64,000 bases of DNA from Strigamia acuminata (GCA_949358305.1 OX442314.1:30628001-30692000), one strand, 5' to 3'; positions 47,001-57,667 are shown, numbered from the stretch's first letter. The notes: a model not told the origin generated them from the sequence alone. Made by a program: numbers and translations.

Positions 47001-49490
47001 CGAGAATCATGTGCCGGTGGAGATGACCCCCTAAATTTTCCTCTCGGTCAGGTGGATGGGTGCAATGAGCGTGGGAGTTCCAGCAATCAACGATTGTTTG
47101 GAGGCGTAAGTTTGTGTTAGTTTTAGATTATTCAAAGTGTAAGATTACCTTTTTGAGATTTGAGTGTATATTTTAACGCGTTTCACGCGATTGTTTGATT
47201 TAGCATCATGTTCACTTTTGATTTCATTTACTTCGCTAATGTTGCGATTGATTATGTTATTGATTTTGATTGATTGTATCGTTTCATTACTTCATCAAAC
47301 AGAGTAATAAAACTCTGGCTGTGGGGGCGTGTCACGGCCCGTGTTTCCTACGCGTATAGTTTACGCATTGTTAACCCGTGTTTGTTCCTATTAAACCTAA
47401 TTTGTGATTCTCCTACCTTTGTTGTTTTGTTTATGTTTGATTCGTGAGTTTTCCTCATTTTCCTTCTATCTTATCTCTTACTCTCTCCTAACTTTCTCTT
47501 CATTCTCTCACTTTTCTCTTATCTACTCCTAGTTTTTCTCCTTTAGTTTATGATTTCGATGCAAGTCTATTTGCATATCTATTCTGGTCAGTACGCGTCG
47601 GCGTTAGTCATACACTTAGTATGCACCGACTGTACTGATTGGCTCTTGACTCTTCCGTGATTGGCCAAGCTTGGTTGAGTCCAAGTTTACCTCTCACCCT
47701 ATTTTCCCTCTTTTGCTTCAGTTGATCTCAGTATCCCGAACGCGTAGGTGCTCCTTTGGAGCCGGTGCTCATGGCTGAGGTTTAACTCCGAAGCTCACTC
47801 GTGGCTTTGCTTTCGCCCTGGAATTCTGCAAGACGGTTTCAGGCTTCTCATTGTTCATCTCCAGTGTTAACTCACGGTTTTACACCACTCGTTCACCATT
47901 TGTTTTCCTGCTCCTTTTTGTTCATGTTTTATCGCCGTGACGCGTTATCCAAGGCCAAACAGGATTTGTTGGCCATAAGTTCGAAGTTTGTGTCGTTTAT
48001 TTCGCGTGCGCGTGCATTAGCTTAGTTTAGCCGCCTGCCATTCGGGCTTTAGCTTTAATTAAGCATTAAGTCAGGTTTAGAGTTAGGTTTAGGGCCCGTG
48101 CGTTGTATAAGCACGAGTAAATTGCCCATCCTCGTTCAAACTCGACAGTTTGGGGTTGCTTATGAGCCACTACGAGACGTGCATTCGTTTGCCCTCGTGT
48201 GAAAACACGATTGTTGGCGGGTCACGCGTTGGGTTTTGGTTCAGACGCGACTACCGGACATTCTGTCCCCGAGTTTTACAGCTCGGGATACCCGGCCACA
48301 AATAAATATTAGTGTGGTGCACAGTATCTGAGAGTGTGTTAGCTGCCATTTCCTGCGCACATTCGATTTACGGCAGGTACGAAACTACCAGGGTGTGTGA
48401 ATTTACTGTTCCGCGGCGTCTTTCAAACGCTTCTAAACCACCTAGACTCGCGATCCATCACAATTTTTTCTAAAAAAAAAATCAAGATTTTTTCTAAAAA
48501 AAAAATCAAGATTTTTTCTAAAAAAAAAATCAAGATTTTTTCTAAAAAAAAAATCAAGATTTTTTCTAAAAAAAAAATCAAGATTTTTTCTAAAAAAAAA
48601 ATCAAGATTTTTTCTAAAAAAAAAATCAAGATTTTTTCTAAAAAAAAAATCAAGATTTTTTCTAAAAAAAAAATCAAGATTTTTTCTAAAAAAAAAATCA
48701 AGATTTTTTCTAAAAAAAAAATCAAGATTTTTTCTAAAAAAAAAATCAAGATTTTTTCTAAAAAATTCAAGATTTTTCCATAAAATTCAAGATTTTTCTA
48801 AAAAATTCAAGATTTTTCTAAAAAATTCAAAATTTTTCTAAAAAATTCAAGATTTTTCTAAAAAATTCAAAATTTTTCTAAAAAATTCAAGATTTTTCTA
48901 AAGAATTCAAGATTTTTCTAGAATAAAAAACAAGATTTTTCTAAAAAAAAGATCAAGATTTTTCTAAAAAAAAGACCAAGCTTTTTTCTAAAAAAAAAAT
49001 CAAGATTTTTTTCTAAAAAATATGCATTTTTGACCTAATTTTGCCTATATTTTATTCTCAAATGCTTTCAAAATTGAAAAATATGCATTTTGGACTAAAT
49101 TTCGCCTATATTTTAGCCCCAAATGCTCAAAAATGGAAAAAAATTGCATTTTATCCGTATTTTGATAAAAAAAAAACCTAAAAAAATCGGCAATTTTGCT
49201 CTATTCTGCTCGATTTCACTCATATTTTGTACGTTTGTTTTGTACATCGAAATCGCATTTTTTTTTCCTTTTTTTAATTCAATTTTTATTTAAAATTACA
49301 AAACCTCATGTTCGGATATGAATGGTGTGAACTGCACTTCCTTGTCCTGTCGTTCAGCGTAAACAATTTCTTTAGAAAGGGCTTCATCCGGGAGTATTTC
49401 CGCAGTTAATTCAGCATTTTTCTCCGTGAAATTACACGGTCGACCGAATTCGTGCCTCGGTTTAGTGTACACAAACTGTATATTCGACAT
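35079..49490 (-). CDS. DNAI2: Axonemal dynein intermediate chain 2 (WD40); intron 1 carries the Gypsy element
   Basis: MSNIQFVYTKPRHEFGRPCNF..ISEHE|MNTER..MNHAEGGWPKDVNP..RYRKKVEKDENY, QNNALNIYEDYF, EYNPKDPH, SKTGTECF, IQRNP..KNFLTVGD, FEREVRREKTLE; stop at 35079-35081. Confidence 0.93.
38146..39278 (+). repeat. 5' LTR
   Basis: TGTCACGG...CCATCACA, repeated at an offset of 9184 bp. Confidence 0.97.
39281..39299 (+). promoter_or_regulatory. Primer-binding site complementary to tRNA-Phe 3' end
   Basis: TGGTGCCGAAACCCGGGAT is the complement of ATCCCGGGTTTCGGCA-CCA of eukaryotic tRNA-Phe(GAA); 2 nt after the LTR. Confidence 0.88.
39455..41563 (+). CDS. gag: Gag (702 aa)
   Basis: First ORF after the PBS; capsid-like LNWY..KTWDEFVMRFRKRY..WQEVGDDTAEFL. 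Confidence 0.9.
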   Translation: MAEGGHPKEDNSKSVWPSWMRRVGERLCDETPRRPPDARPPRTRSEYGLPVARDGGPPYLLRPHGNVTRVKVEDKSTSTDSTYCPGTTPSTRESHVDASASDLLTPVPPNPSAPPQQRSSPEDNVEEEEGEAGQQPPEWLPYLQNAELAMNERMVRALNQFGQHVDYRLENYKDETLVGVRQVVRAEIVALAVQPEEEVIPPVQQRPHNPLPGDGLRSDGQREPGGSVQSSRILTPSELNRQGIAVAGRLQGDVNPRLPSNERPSDVTARAGSRMGTPSQCNSEVMRSIIRSKSTAVSLPDTASVDRAAAARGDSVNTRLQRARDAQAAVTPTPRQRPQTQYDQYDLSHVRSEHVPIFDEDDQSYNAVERFLAKLRAHYIMTRIPDEAYIDLFIPLALCGKPLNWYLHLRHKPKTWDEFVMRFRKRYSLKEAEATVLLTDAWQEVGDDTAEFLCEISRYLEMIGIRGDRQQWNMAKHRLQPQITDAMTRYGVRFMSQAIEMGQEADSELALRSLQQYKFDERGVRRGPVPRPQSKDKDKQAVKATKKVAEPAKTKAAEKPPPGRFQFDKRKLVALAEMFGATSEDLQSVAGQSVVSVEPSRVPEPQINASVKVSENKPTPAVGAAQCGHSAHTFANTANPPTTPLPPGAEWVRNRKDRWYMRDIEKRIALCPHCFKPWQFPGNDQGPLSKPSNGKAADPKSK
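41497..46725 (+). CDS. pol: Pol polyprotein (protease, RT, RNase H, AT-hook linker, integrase), in the -1 frame relative to gag
   Basis: Protease MDSGA; RT VVPKKDG, RMPFG, YIDD; RNase H TDAS, TEIECLA, ESDH, VADALSR; integrase HLG..C..C, VDY, SDNA, GNLAERLN. No AUG at its 5' end; open back to the GGGAAAC site. Confidence 0.95.
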   Translation, partial: GKRPGSTVQTIQRKGSGPEIQISRTLEALDSTSGWMVPPALQKTSTTALAASKPKMTNFIMLSPPEFLASKEPKLIIGLKDRCRRDAAFVKIAWINIEFIAMMDSGAQTCIMTMALYEKLAKEIGIEMVKLDETIRTADNHITKVVGCAQLAVRAPTAVVCFTCLIIEEGSQELLLGLDFCKAVGLCTDHANEYWFLLGDGTRHPFLTEEQARASDPVILFPLTKEQPSLPEGMAVKGPPLYNLPALRNPPVPKPEETAVPVKLVGQKERELTPEIPAKEEKAEEKPVVITKPPISEANCVLLNKRNFEVELFEPPHEDNPCIVKVVVARRGQDAQKWTFIWSPKRREKTARRNVVRVTRKPGKKAMCLSQMRRAIKLRKARVKAVAKRTLVETADSPSGERNVVDNVEPSSACQKAESTPRQHDVNFVQYIPNRDPTNLAWVYDQLCNQLEPKRINHLMDALKPVAHIFREELGLCNNTQFEVNLKPDFRPIHVPVRPVNPAKREIIDAYIDQKLAQGVIKRSKSDCAVAPVVVPKKDGRWRCAMDFRPINSQTLPDVYPLPDIDNIFAYLGGAKWFSIIDGREAFHQIGVRPGDERYLAFITHRGLFEYTRMPFGPINGPATLQRAMNLTLAEHLYKFVFVYIDDIIVFSKTFEEHVTHLQKVLTLLDQAGFTMNAGKTELCKTSLEVLGHIVEEGLIRPNPKKTDAISKYPAPTNLKELQRFKGMIGYYSSFFPGYSKTCEVFRVLMRKNAPWNWTAAHQAAFEYLKNQVSLSTLHRNFPDWSKPYILQTDASYSGLGAALMQINNDGVRVPIAFASRALNSAEKNYTATEIECLAAVWAVKRFRAYLELMDFYLESDHKSLTWLWAQREPKGRLARWILSLSEYRFTFLHCSGTKNRVADALSRAPVDPPIELDDEDCPALDDTYYCAYFDDFNDWPVPKMEELDEVTHWKSPNCKIVRAVTMRKQKRAFLARLNALSATAVDVCPVEDEPPPKRGRGRPRKNPIAKGPTQAGPLPGAQPTLPRSDEESVAVSLPKEDVPVKRKRGRPRKTPASGDMTQPKSLPVTRPIPPTSEEESGAVSLPIDVPEKRKRGRPKKVVEKRPVGRPKKIPIIFDRSTGSEASEMSLDSEELPGDTDSEEFQIPVIPRDLSPRTQPRRDLVSPTPSIDAELLDHSEHSSDESFYSLPADHPTIEILPTQKAVKEAQLADEWSKGLILYLNSGSLPPGEMEAAELKKRAVDMALHRGLLCKFPPTKIGQRAPTRRIYLPQSLRYKYFHCLHFPPTSGHLGIEKTLMRLKTRVFWPGMKKDVANWIKVCEPCQRAKVERRLPYGEMETAKPRRLFRTIYVDYFGKKLKSTGGHCYAFVMVDAASRWVDVRLTEKADVSTTVKQLKKFTYRWAYPKTIISDNAPTFRSAKFQAQCAEMGMVNKYISAYHPQGNLAERLNQSLKTCILAYIDEHTRWDKHIGSFILAINTAYQTSLKFSPYMMVTGQEARFPGDVDSDTDDGEPLPPDESRFLHRYLLRIREEARKNLDAAHLRHKRWYDRKRRPHTFKPGDWVTVKSRVLSSTDKQISSGFQHRTEGVYMIHRLLGPNTVLLMDQDGKISQPIHVSDLRHWYQAEEPEIEVSDISSMAKGTEDHEELDSELEIEEDIPQEDLDDISARVVKFQTEVRSICIDFEEKRKQRVRTSDRVAEIPYHGRLDAISSQDGTANGGRPCVSCGATDGGTPSDCVSRRS
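47330..48462 (+). repeat. 3' LTR
   Basis: Copy of 38146-39278, preceded by GTGGGGGCG. Confidence 0.97.
48463..49020. repeat. Intronic A/T-tract array (24-bp ATCAAGATTTTTTCTAAAAAAAAA, then 20-bp units); its first units lie at ~38090-38145
   Basis: Same unit on both sides of the retrotransposon. Confidence 0.95.
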
Positions 49491-49513
49491 TTCCACCAAC
49501 TTCTCTTCCAACC

Positions 49514-49760
49514 GTTACCATAGAAACATGACGCCTTCTACCAACAGCCCCACGCACAACGCCAAATAAATCAAAACAACAATTTAAAAAAAAAAAAAAA
49601 ATCACCCAACCAAAACAAAAATTAAACAAAAAAAAACAAAAAACAATCACAACATAAAATTATTATCGATCCAAGCGACACCAAAACCACATTTTAAAAA
49701 AAATCGACATTTCTATCCTCTAGCCGCAGCGCGGTGCAACTGCTTCGTTTCCATGCCAAC
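49514..49760. promoter_or_regulatory. Bidirectional promoter with two RFX X-boxes
   Basis: GTTACCATAGAAAC (49514-49527) and GTTTCCATGCCAAC (49747-49760) lie between divergent ATGs at 49490 and 49805. Confidence 0.7.
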
Positions 49761-49804
49761 CACCATGTAAACATTCAACGCGAATCGTCTCTCTCGCGAA
49801 AATC

Positions 49805-52800
49805 ATGGAGAACAAAAAGGCGGGATCAGGAACAAGCAAGGACAGAGAAAGTCGGTCAAACGAAGGCTCAAGGTCCCACCTCCCTTTATCGGCAATCTCA
49901 TCTACAGGTATTAATCCACGGAGCAACAATAATCGATTAAATCAATAAATATTTGCAGGTCGCCAAACGATTTTCCGGAGTTTATCCCATTCAGATATTC
50001 GAGGCGATTTGAATTTTCGGGCGACTCGGGTGGCGTCGCCCGCAACGTTGACACTCGAGGAGAAAAATTCAAGTAAATGTGCACAATTTTGGCGCCTTTT
50101 CACTTATATTTTTGTTGCATTTATTTTCGTTGTAGTCGCGACCAACGAGGAGATAATTAAACGTTTGGAACTGATCAGTTATCGATACGATTCGATCGAT
50201 TTGTTGAATGTTGGTTCCGATCACTCGTTTAGTTCTTCAGTTGCACGTGAGTGTTTTGGAAGAGAAATAACGGGCGTCGGAGGGATTTTTGGTCATTTGG
50301 ATGTTTTATTTAGCCGATTATAACGCCGATGATGTGTCGGGATTACTCAAACGTATGGCGCACGATGTGTACGACTCGAGTAACGAAAAACTCACGAGTA
50401 GAGACGCGACGCCGCTGCCTGATTCGAGCCAGATGCTCATTCTCGATCCTGATCATGTATTTAATCTTGAATTAATTTTGTTGTTATGTTTTATTAATTG
50501 GTGAATTTATTTTGATGAATAGCCGCTCATGCAGCGATTCCAGGCGGTCTACACGGCGCATTTGGAGAAAGAAAGAGAAAAGCAATCGTTGGAGTTAAAT
50601 TCTTCGGTAAGTCACGTATTCTCGTTGTGCGCGCGTTCTTATTAGACCAGGGGTCGGCGAGTAATTTTAAGTGGGGTCCGGATACTATTGAAAATTTTTA
50701 TCGAGGTCCAGAAAAAAAAAACTCGTAATACTTACCAGTTTTAAATTTTTATTTTTTTACTCGTAACTAAGGTGCGCGCCATAAGTATAGAATAATCAGT
50801 TTTTTTGTAATATTTTTTTTCCCGCTTCATCTGGAATCATACCCATTTTTTTATACATGTATGTAGTCATTAGAATTCGTTTAAAATTAACACATTTATA
50901 ATTTTTATGGAAAAATAAATTTGGCAGTGATTTTACACCAAAATGGGGGTGACATAAGTATAGAATATTTTAGGTTTGATGCAAAAAAATGGATAAAATT
51001 AATATCACATAACATGCCTTTGTCTGATTAGTTAATCAGTGAATATGTCATCAATTTTCTGCCATTTTTGAATTGTATTACTTGCTATTTTCTTATTTTG
51101 AAGCAATCCCTTGTACAAAACTTGCAACCACGGTGGAAATCGCTGAAGTAAAGCGATTAAAGGCACTGGGGCTTGCCAAACAACAAATTGATAGAATATT
51201 AGGAAGAAATTGAAAGAAATTAGTCAATTGCATCAAAAATTCTAACAAAAACATGAAATCCAAATGTTAAAGCAGACAGGAAAGACCAAAAGTGACCATG
51301 CAGTGAGCATTGTCTAGCTGAAACACCCATTTATTGTCTTAATTTTCCATCCAAATGGCAATAAATGCATGTTCAACACTTCCTTATACTTCTGTGAATC
51401 TTTCCATCCTTTTATTATTATGATGTTTGCCTGTAATTTTTGCCCGAATGTCACCCAAACCATCACATGATTCTGCCCACTGAGAAAACTTCTCTTCTCT
51501 CCTTAAATCTTGCCACTTATTACACTAACCATCCAGACCATCTAAGTTGAACTGTATTTTGTCTGTAAAAAGCACTCAGTTTCATGATTTGGTCCAGGGC
51601 AGCTTGGTATTAGTCTAATCAGAGCACTTCAATTTAAGGGGTTCAGTTAACCACAGTTGTACAGCTATTTTTTGATAACAAAGGTGATCACAATTGTTTA
51701 GTCTGCTCTGAATTGTTTGTAAAGACACAATTACATCTGCATGTGTGCAAATTTCATTTGCAGACAACAGCAAAGTCAGTGCCAGGCACAAAATATTCCT
51801 GTGAACTTGCTGCATGGTCACTTTTGGTCCTCCCCGTCTTGCTTCCATATTTGATTTTCATCTTTGGGTTAGGACTTTTGACATAATTGATTAATTTCTT
51901 CCTGATCTTCTATGGATCTGCTGTTTGGAGAGCCCCAGTGACTTTAATTGCCATATTTCAGCGATTTCTACAATGGTTACAAGTTTTGCACAAGGGATTG
52001 CTTCAAAATAAGAAAATAGCAAGTAATACAATTCCAAAATGGCAGAAAATTGGTGACATATTCACTGATTAACTAATCAGACAAAGGCATGTTATGTGAT
52101 ATTAATTTTATCCATTTTTTTGCATCAAACCTAAAATATTCTATACTTATGTCACCCCCATTTTTGTGTAAAATTACTGCCAAATTTATTTTTCCATAAA
52201 AATTATAAATGTGTTAATTCTAAACGAATTCTAATGACAACATACATGTATAAAAAAATTGGTATGATTCCAGATGAAGCGGGAAAAAAAATATTACAAA
52301 AAAACTGATTATTCTATACTTATGGCGCGCACCTTATACGTATCCTATGACTCGTAAAGGACAATTTTTCCACAAACAAAAATAACAAATGCAGGAAAAA
52401 ATTGAATTTTTCAGGAAAAGATTGAATTTTTCAGGAAAAGATTGAAATTTTCAGGAAAAGATTGAATTTTTCAGGAAAAAATTGAATTTTTGCAGGAAAA
52501 AATTGAATTTTTGCAGAAAAAATTGAATTTTTGCAGGAAAAAATTGAATTTTTGTATTTTTTATAGGAAATATTGAATTTTTGCAAAAAAAATTGAATTT
52601 TTGCATTATTTATAGGAAACATTGACTTTTGCAGTTTTTAGAAGGAAATATAGTTCATTTGTTTTGTTTTTATCAGAGGACAGAGTTGAAGACGATAAGC
52701 AAGTCGTACGAAGACGAAGGCGAGAATCTCTACAACATCCAACAGGAATTGTCCAAAGCACAAGCGTACTTAGAAACCTGTCACAAGGACTGGCATTCGT

Positions 52801-55800
52801 TTTTGAACGAGCGCAAATCCATTCAGGAACACGTGCTCACGGCGCGAGATCAACACAGCTCGTGCCAGTCGACGATCCACGACCAAGAAAAGAAATGTAC
52901 GTAAAAAACTCGTGTTTTAGAAAGAAATAAAAGTGGTAGAAGTGAAACTTCATGACTCAGCGGGACCTTTCAGCGGCCATTGTTGTAATTTTTATCAATA
53001 GATGGCGCTTAGTACTTCCGTCGCGCTTGAAGTCTCACTTTTAACAATAGATGGCGCTTAGTGCTTCCGTCTAACTTATTCAAAATGTTATTTATTTCTA
53101 GTGATGGAGCTTCGCGGAGAGTTGACGCGTTGGGATTTGTTGATCAATTTGATGCACCAGTTGCAAGACGACATGCGAACGGATGTCGGTGCGCTGCGCA
53201 GAGCGGCGGAGAAAGTGGAGGGGAATTTGGGATCGCTGCAAGACGAGAAACATCAGCAAGATGTGACTATCAAAAAGAAAATGGAGGAAGCCATTCGGAT
53301 GGAGGAGACGCTCGAGATGTACAAGAAGCACCGGACGTCGCAGCAGGAGGAACTGCTTAAAGCTCGACTCAATCTGTCTGAATCGCAGATGAGAATTGAG
53401 GTACGAATCGAGAAATTTTGTAATAAAAATTGTAGTTGGAAAATTGATGAAATGTTTTGAAATTTATAATTTTGGTAATTTCAGTGCATCGAGGTTGAGA
53501 AAAGACATGTGTTTCAGCAGTGGAAACAGACGCTTTCTCAACTCGAGCAGAAGGATGAGGCGATTAAAACGCTCTACGAATCGCTAACGTGAGTGATGTT
53601 ACGTTGGGATTGTTTTGAATAGACTTTGCTTGGTAGGACAGGTGTGTTGTTTTGTAGTACAACGTCAGAGTGAAGTTTTGCGAGGTTAGGGGGAAAGAAA
53701 TTGATATTTTAGGTTTTTAAAAATGCAAAGAAAGTCTAAATTTTTTATTTATTTTTTTTTTTTTAACAGAAAACATGTTATTTCACGTACGAAATCGCAT
53801 TGTTGAGCAAAAATGTTTGTTACTTTGACAAAATCTGCAATTTTATCACGAAAATCTGCAATTTTGTCACGAAAATCTGCAATTTTGTCACGAAAATCTG
53901 CAATTTTGTCACGAAAATCTGCAATTATGTCACGAAAATCTGCAAATTTTTCACGAAAATCTGCAAATTTTTCACGAAAATCTGCAAATTTTTCACATAA
54001 ATCTGCAATTTTTTCACGAAAATCTGCAATTTTGTCACGAAAATCTGCAATTTTGTCACGAAAATCTGCAATTTTGTCACGAAAATCTGCAATTTTTTTT
54101 TTTTACAAAATCTGCAATTTTTTTTTATACAAAATCTGCAATTTTTTTTTATACAAAATCTGCAACTTTTTAGACAAAATTTGCATAAAAAAATGTAAGT
54201 AACTGCTTTTATTCAATCCAGGGGCTTGCTGAACGAATCCTTCACCCGAAGCACGAACGTGAGCAACCTAAAAAAAGCAACCGACAAAGAAATGGAGCTA
54301 AACGAAACCCTCGAAGCTGCCAACAAAAGAACCGAGCGTCTTGTCTACGGTTCAGAAACGCAAATCAAATCTTACCAAGAAAAATCACACGCACTCGACT
54401 CCAAACTTGCTTTCCACACGCGCGTTGTGCAGGACAGCGAAAACAACTTAGACGAATCATCCAAAGTAAAAACCAAAACCAACCAACCAACCAACCAATT
54501 TCAACAAAAATCAATTTCCCCAGGTTTTAGAAGAACTAAAAAAAATGGACGACGCCTTTCGAAAGCAACTCGACACGATCGTATCGCAAAGATGCGACTT
54601 AGAAGATCAGTTGGCGGAAAGATATCTGGAGTACATCTCGTCGGAAAAAGCGATCATTCACAGCGAAAAAGAGGCGTCGAAACTGAGCAAAACGCTGAAA
54701 CACACGGTTGGATGACGAATATCTCGAATTATGTCGAGTTATCTGAATAATGAGTTGCGATATTGCAGGAGGGAAATGTGGTTCACTTGGAAAACGATCT
54801 TGCGCAACTGATGATGCAATTAACAACGAGCGCAATTCACTGTCAGAATTTGAGGGAAGATTTGAATGATCATAATAAGGAGGTGGATGAATACAACGAG
54901 TTGGTCAAAGGGTTGGAAACGCTCATTTCGAAGAACAATTTATCCATTTCCAACAAACAAGTGAATACGAATTTGTTGATTGCGAAATTGGAACAGCTGG
55001 TGCACGATGCTGGAGTGAGTTTTGATGGGAATGGGAAGTTAGAATGTCAGATTGATGGCGAGGTTTTGGGTTTAGGGCGACGTGAGTCCGTTGGAGACGA
55101 AGATTTATGCGCTGGAGAGGAATATCGAAAGCAAGGCGAACGAGATGCAAACACTTAAGGTGAATTGGCTGCAGCGACAGACCGAGTTGGTTTTTCTGAG
55201 TCACGAAAGGGATCATTTGACCGTCACTTGCATTCATCAAAGCCGGCAGTTTAACATGCTCGAAGACAAGAAACGGCGCTTGGAAGGTATTATGTGGCAA
55301 GAATTCAATTTTATGTGAAAAATTCAGTTTTTTAGAGCAAATTCTTAAAAAAAGCTGCAAATAATTTAATATTTCTTATAAAAACCTGCAAAAATTTAAT
55401 ATTTCTTATAAAAACTGCAAAAATTTAATATTTTCTATAAAAAATGCAAAAATTTAATTTTTTCCTGTAAAAATTTAATATTTTCTATAAAAAATGCAAA
55501 GATTCAATTTTTTCCTGCAAAAATTTAATATTTCCTATAAAAACCTGCAAAAATTCAATTTTTCTTATAAAAACTGCAAAAATTCAATATTTCCTTCTAA
55601 AAACTGCAAAAATTCAATATTTCCTATAAAAAATGCAAAAATTTAATTTTTTCCTGCAAAAATTTAATTTTTTCCTGCAAAAATTCAATTTTTTCCTGCA
55701 AAAATTCAATTTTTTCCGTTTAAAAAACAAAATAAAAATTTTGCTCGAAATAGAAAAAATCGAAGAATTCACACACGACATTCAAAAGAAAACGACTTCG

Positions 55801-57667
55801 TTCAACGCGTTGCAAAAGTCAATAGGAAAGCTGTCGGAGAATATTTATCAAGAAAAAGGCAATCTTGTGAGTCTGACGCACGACAATCTGCTGACAGAAA
55901 ACGCTCTAGTGCGAGTACTCAAGGTAAAAAAAAATATATTTAAAGTTAAAGTTAAAGTTAAAGTTAAATTCTAAGACGAATAGTTTGATTGTATGAACTT
56001 AGGACGCTGAAATCGAATCGATACAATTTCAAGCCAAACTGGACGTCCTCAAAGAGGATAAAATGCAACTGGAGAATCGCATCCTCGAGTTAAGTCAACA
56101 GATACTCATGTGGGAAAAGAAAACTCAACTGGCGAAAGAATCAAAAGCTCTCGTCGCCTCTGAGGAAATTACCGGAGAAATGCAGGAAATGCGATGGGAT
56201 ATCCATCGAATGCAGGTAAGAAAATAGTCGGCTGCCCCGCAGTGCTCACTGGGTCCGCGAGCAAAAGTGAACACAGAAACAGAATTTATTTATTTATTTA
56301 TTTTGTTTGTTAGAATCGACTGCTTCAGTTGAAGAGACAGCAAGAAACATTGGTGCAGGAGACGGAGAAGCTGATATCTCGACGCGAAACGATTCTTTCG
56401 AAGAACGAGTCGCAGAGCAAGTCTGGGAAGAAACCGTTGACCAAATCGAGCGTGCAGAAAGCGATCGGCGATCTCAAGAACAAGCTGAAGCAGTCGGTTA
56501 AGGACAGGATGGGTCTGGAGAGCGAGATAACGCAGTTTCAAAATCAGAAGTCCGAATTGAACATCAGAAAGGTGCAGGAGGAGCGCAGCTTGGAAGCCGT
56601 CAAAAACCAGAGTGAAGGACTGGAGACGAGTGTGCGCCAAACGGAACGACATTACCAGAAAGTAAAAATTTAATTCAGTTGTAAAATTGAGAAATTCACT
56701 CTTAATCGGTAGTAAAATTGTGAAATTCACTCGAAATCGGTAGTAAAATTGTGAAAATCACTCTTAATCGGTAGTAAAATTGTGAAATTCACTCTTAATC
56801 GGTAGTAAAATTGTGTAATTCACTTTTAATCGGTAGTAAAATTGTGAAAATCACTCTTAATCGGTAGTAAAATTGTGAAATTCACTCTTAATCGGTAGTA
56901 AAATTGTGAAATTCACTCTTAAAATTATGAAATTCACTCTTAAAATTGTGAAATTCACTCTTAATCGGTAGTAAAATTCTAAAATTGTGAAATTCACTCT
57001 TAATCAGTAGTAAAATTCTAAAATTGTGAAATTCACTCTTAAAATTGTGAAATTCACTCTTAAAAAGGTGAAATTCACTGTTAAAATTGTGAAATTCACT
57101 CTTAAAATTATGAAATTCACTCTTAAAAAGGTGAAATTCACTGTTAAAATTGTGAAATTCACTCTTAAAATTGTGAAATTTTCTCGTAAGCAGTAGTAAA
57201 ATTGTGATATTTACTCTTTCTCAGTAGTAAAATTCTAAAATTGTGAAATTCACTCTTAAAATTGTGAAATTCACTCTTAAAAAGGTGAAATTCACTGTTA
57301 AAATTGTGAAATTCACTCTTAAATTGTGAAATTCACTCTTAAAATTGTGAAATTCACTCTTAAAATTGTGAAATTCACTCTTAATCAATAGAATTGTTTA
57401 AAAAAATTGCATTTTTCCTAGAATTTTCATCACTTGATCGCGCTGCAACAACGAACCAAATTCCTGCAGTCGGCCAAAGAGCATAAATACCAGATGGTGA
57501 GCAAGGACAAAGTGAAGGACGACGTTGCACACAGTTGGTCCATCGCTAACTCCTTGCAAAGCGCATTGAAAACCTTGTGCGTGCAATTCCCACACTACGA
57601 AGACGACATTTTGGACCTACTAGCCAGACACGAGGGTCGCATAACAGCAGTGGATTCTCTCTCCTGA
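49805..57667 (+). CDS. CCDC40: Coiled-coil domain-containing protein 40 (axonemal 96-nm ruler), many exons
   Basis: LILDPDH|PLMQRFQ, GENLYNIQQEL, EKHQQD, SPLETKIYAL, WLQRQTELV, QILMWEKKTQLAKE, EMQEMRWDIHRMQ, ISRRETI; long coiled coil. Confidence 0.88.
50770..52334 (-). mobile_element. Decayed Tc1/mariner (Tc3-like) transposon with ~400-bp TIRs
   Basis: TA-flanked AGGTGCGCGCCATAAGTATAGAATAA / TTATTCTATACTTATGGCGCGCACCT, inverted homology 50770-~51175 vs ~51930-52334. Minus-strand remnants VLFTDKIQFNLDGLDG*..WQDLR and WVFQLDNAHC contain stops. Confidence 0.88.
52390..52635. repeat. Intronic array, 20/21-bp unit CAGGAAAAAATTGAATTTTT
   Basis: Direct observation. Confidence 0.9.
53825..54185. 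repeat. Intronic array, 21-bp unit AAAATCTGCAATTTTGTCACG
   Basis: Direct observation. Confidence 0.95.
55350..55717. repeat. Intronic array, 21/31-bp units (AAAAATTTAATTTTTTCCTGC)
   Basis: Direct observation. Confidence 0.9.
56680..57390. repeat. Intronic array, 31-bp CTTAATCGGTAGTAAAATTGTGAAATTCACT and 21-bp AAAATTGTGAAATTCACTCTT units
   Basis: Direct observation. Confidence 0.95.

Larger units (their letters stand above)
38146..48462 (+). mobile_element. Full-length Ty3/Gypsy LTR retrotransposon (10,317 bp)
   Basis: Two 1133-bp TG..CA LTRs, 4-bp TSD ATTT (38142-38145, 48463-48466), PBS, purine-rich tract before the 3' LTR, intact gag and PR-RT-RH-IN order. Confidence 0.98.

Noticed and set aside
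46726..47329. Possible env gene
   Set aside because: Only ~600 bp, T-rich, with no long ORF.
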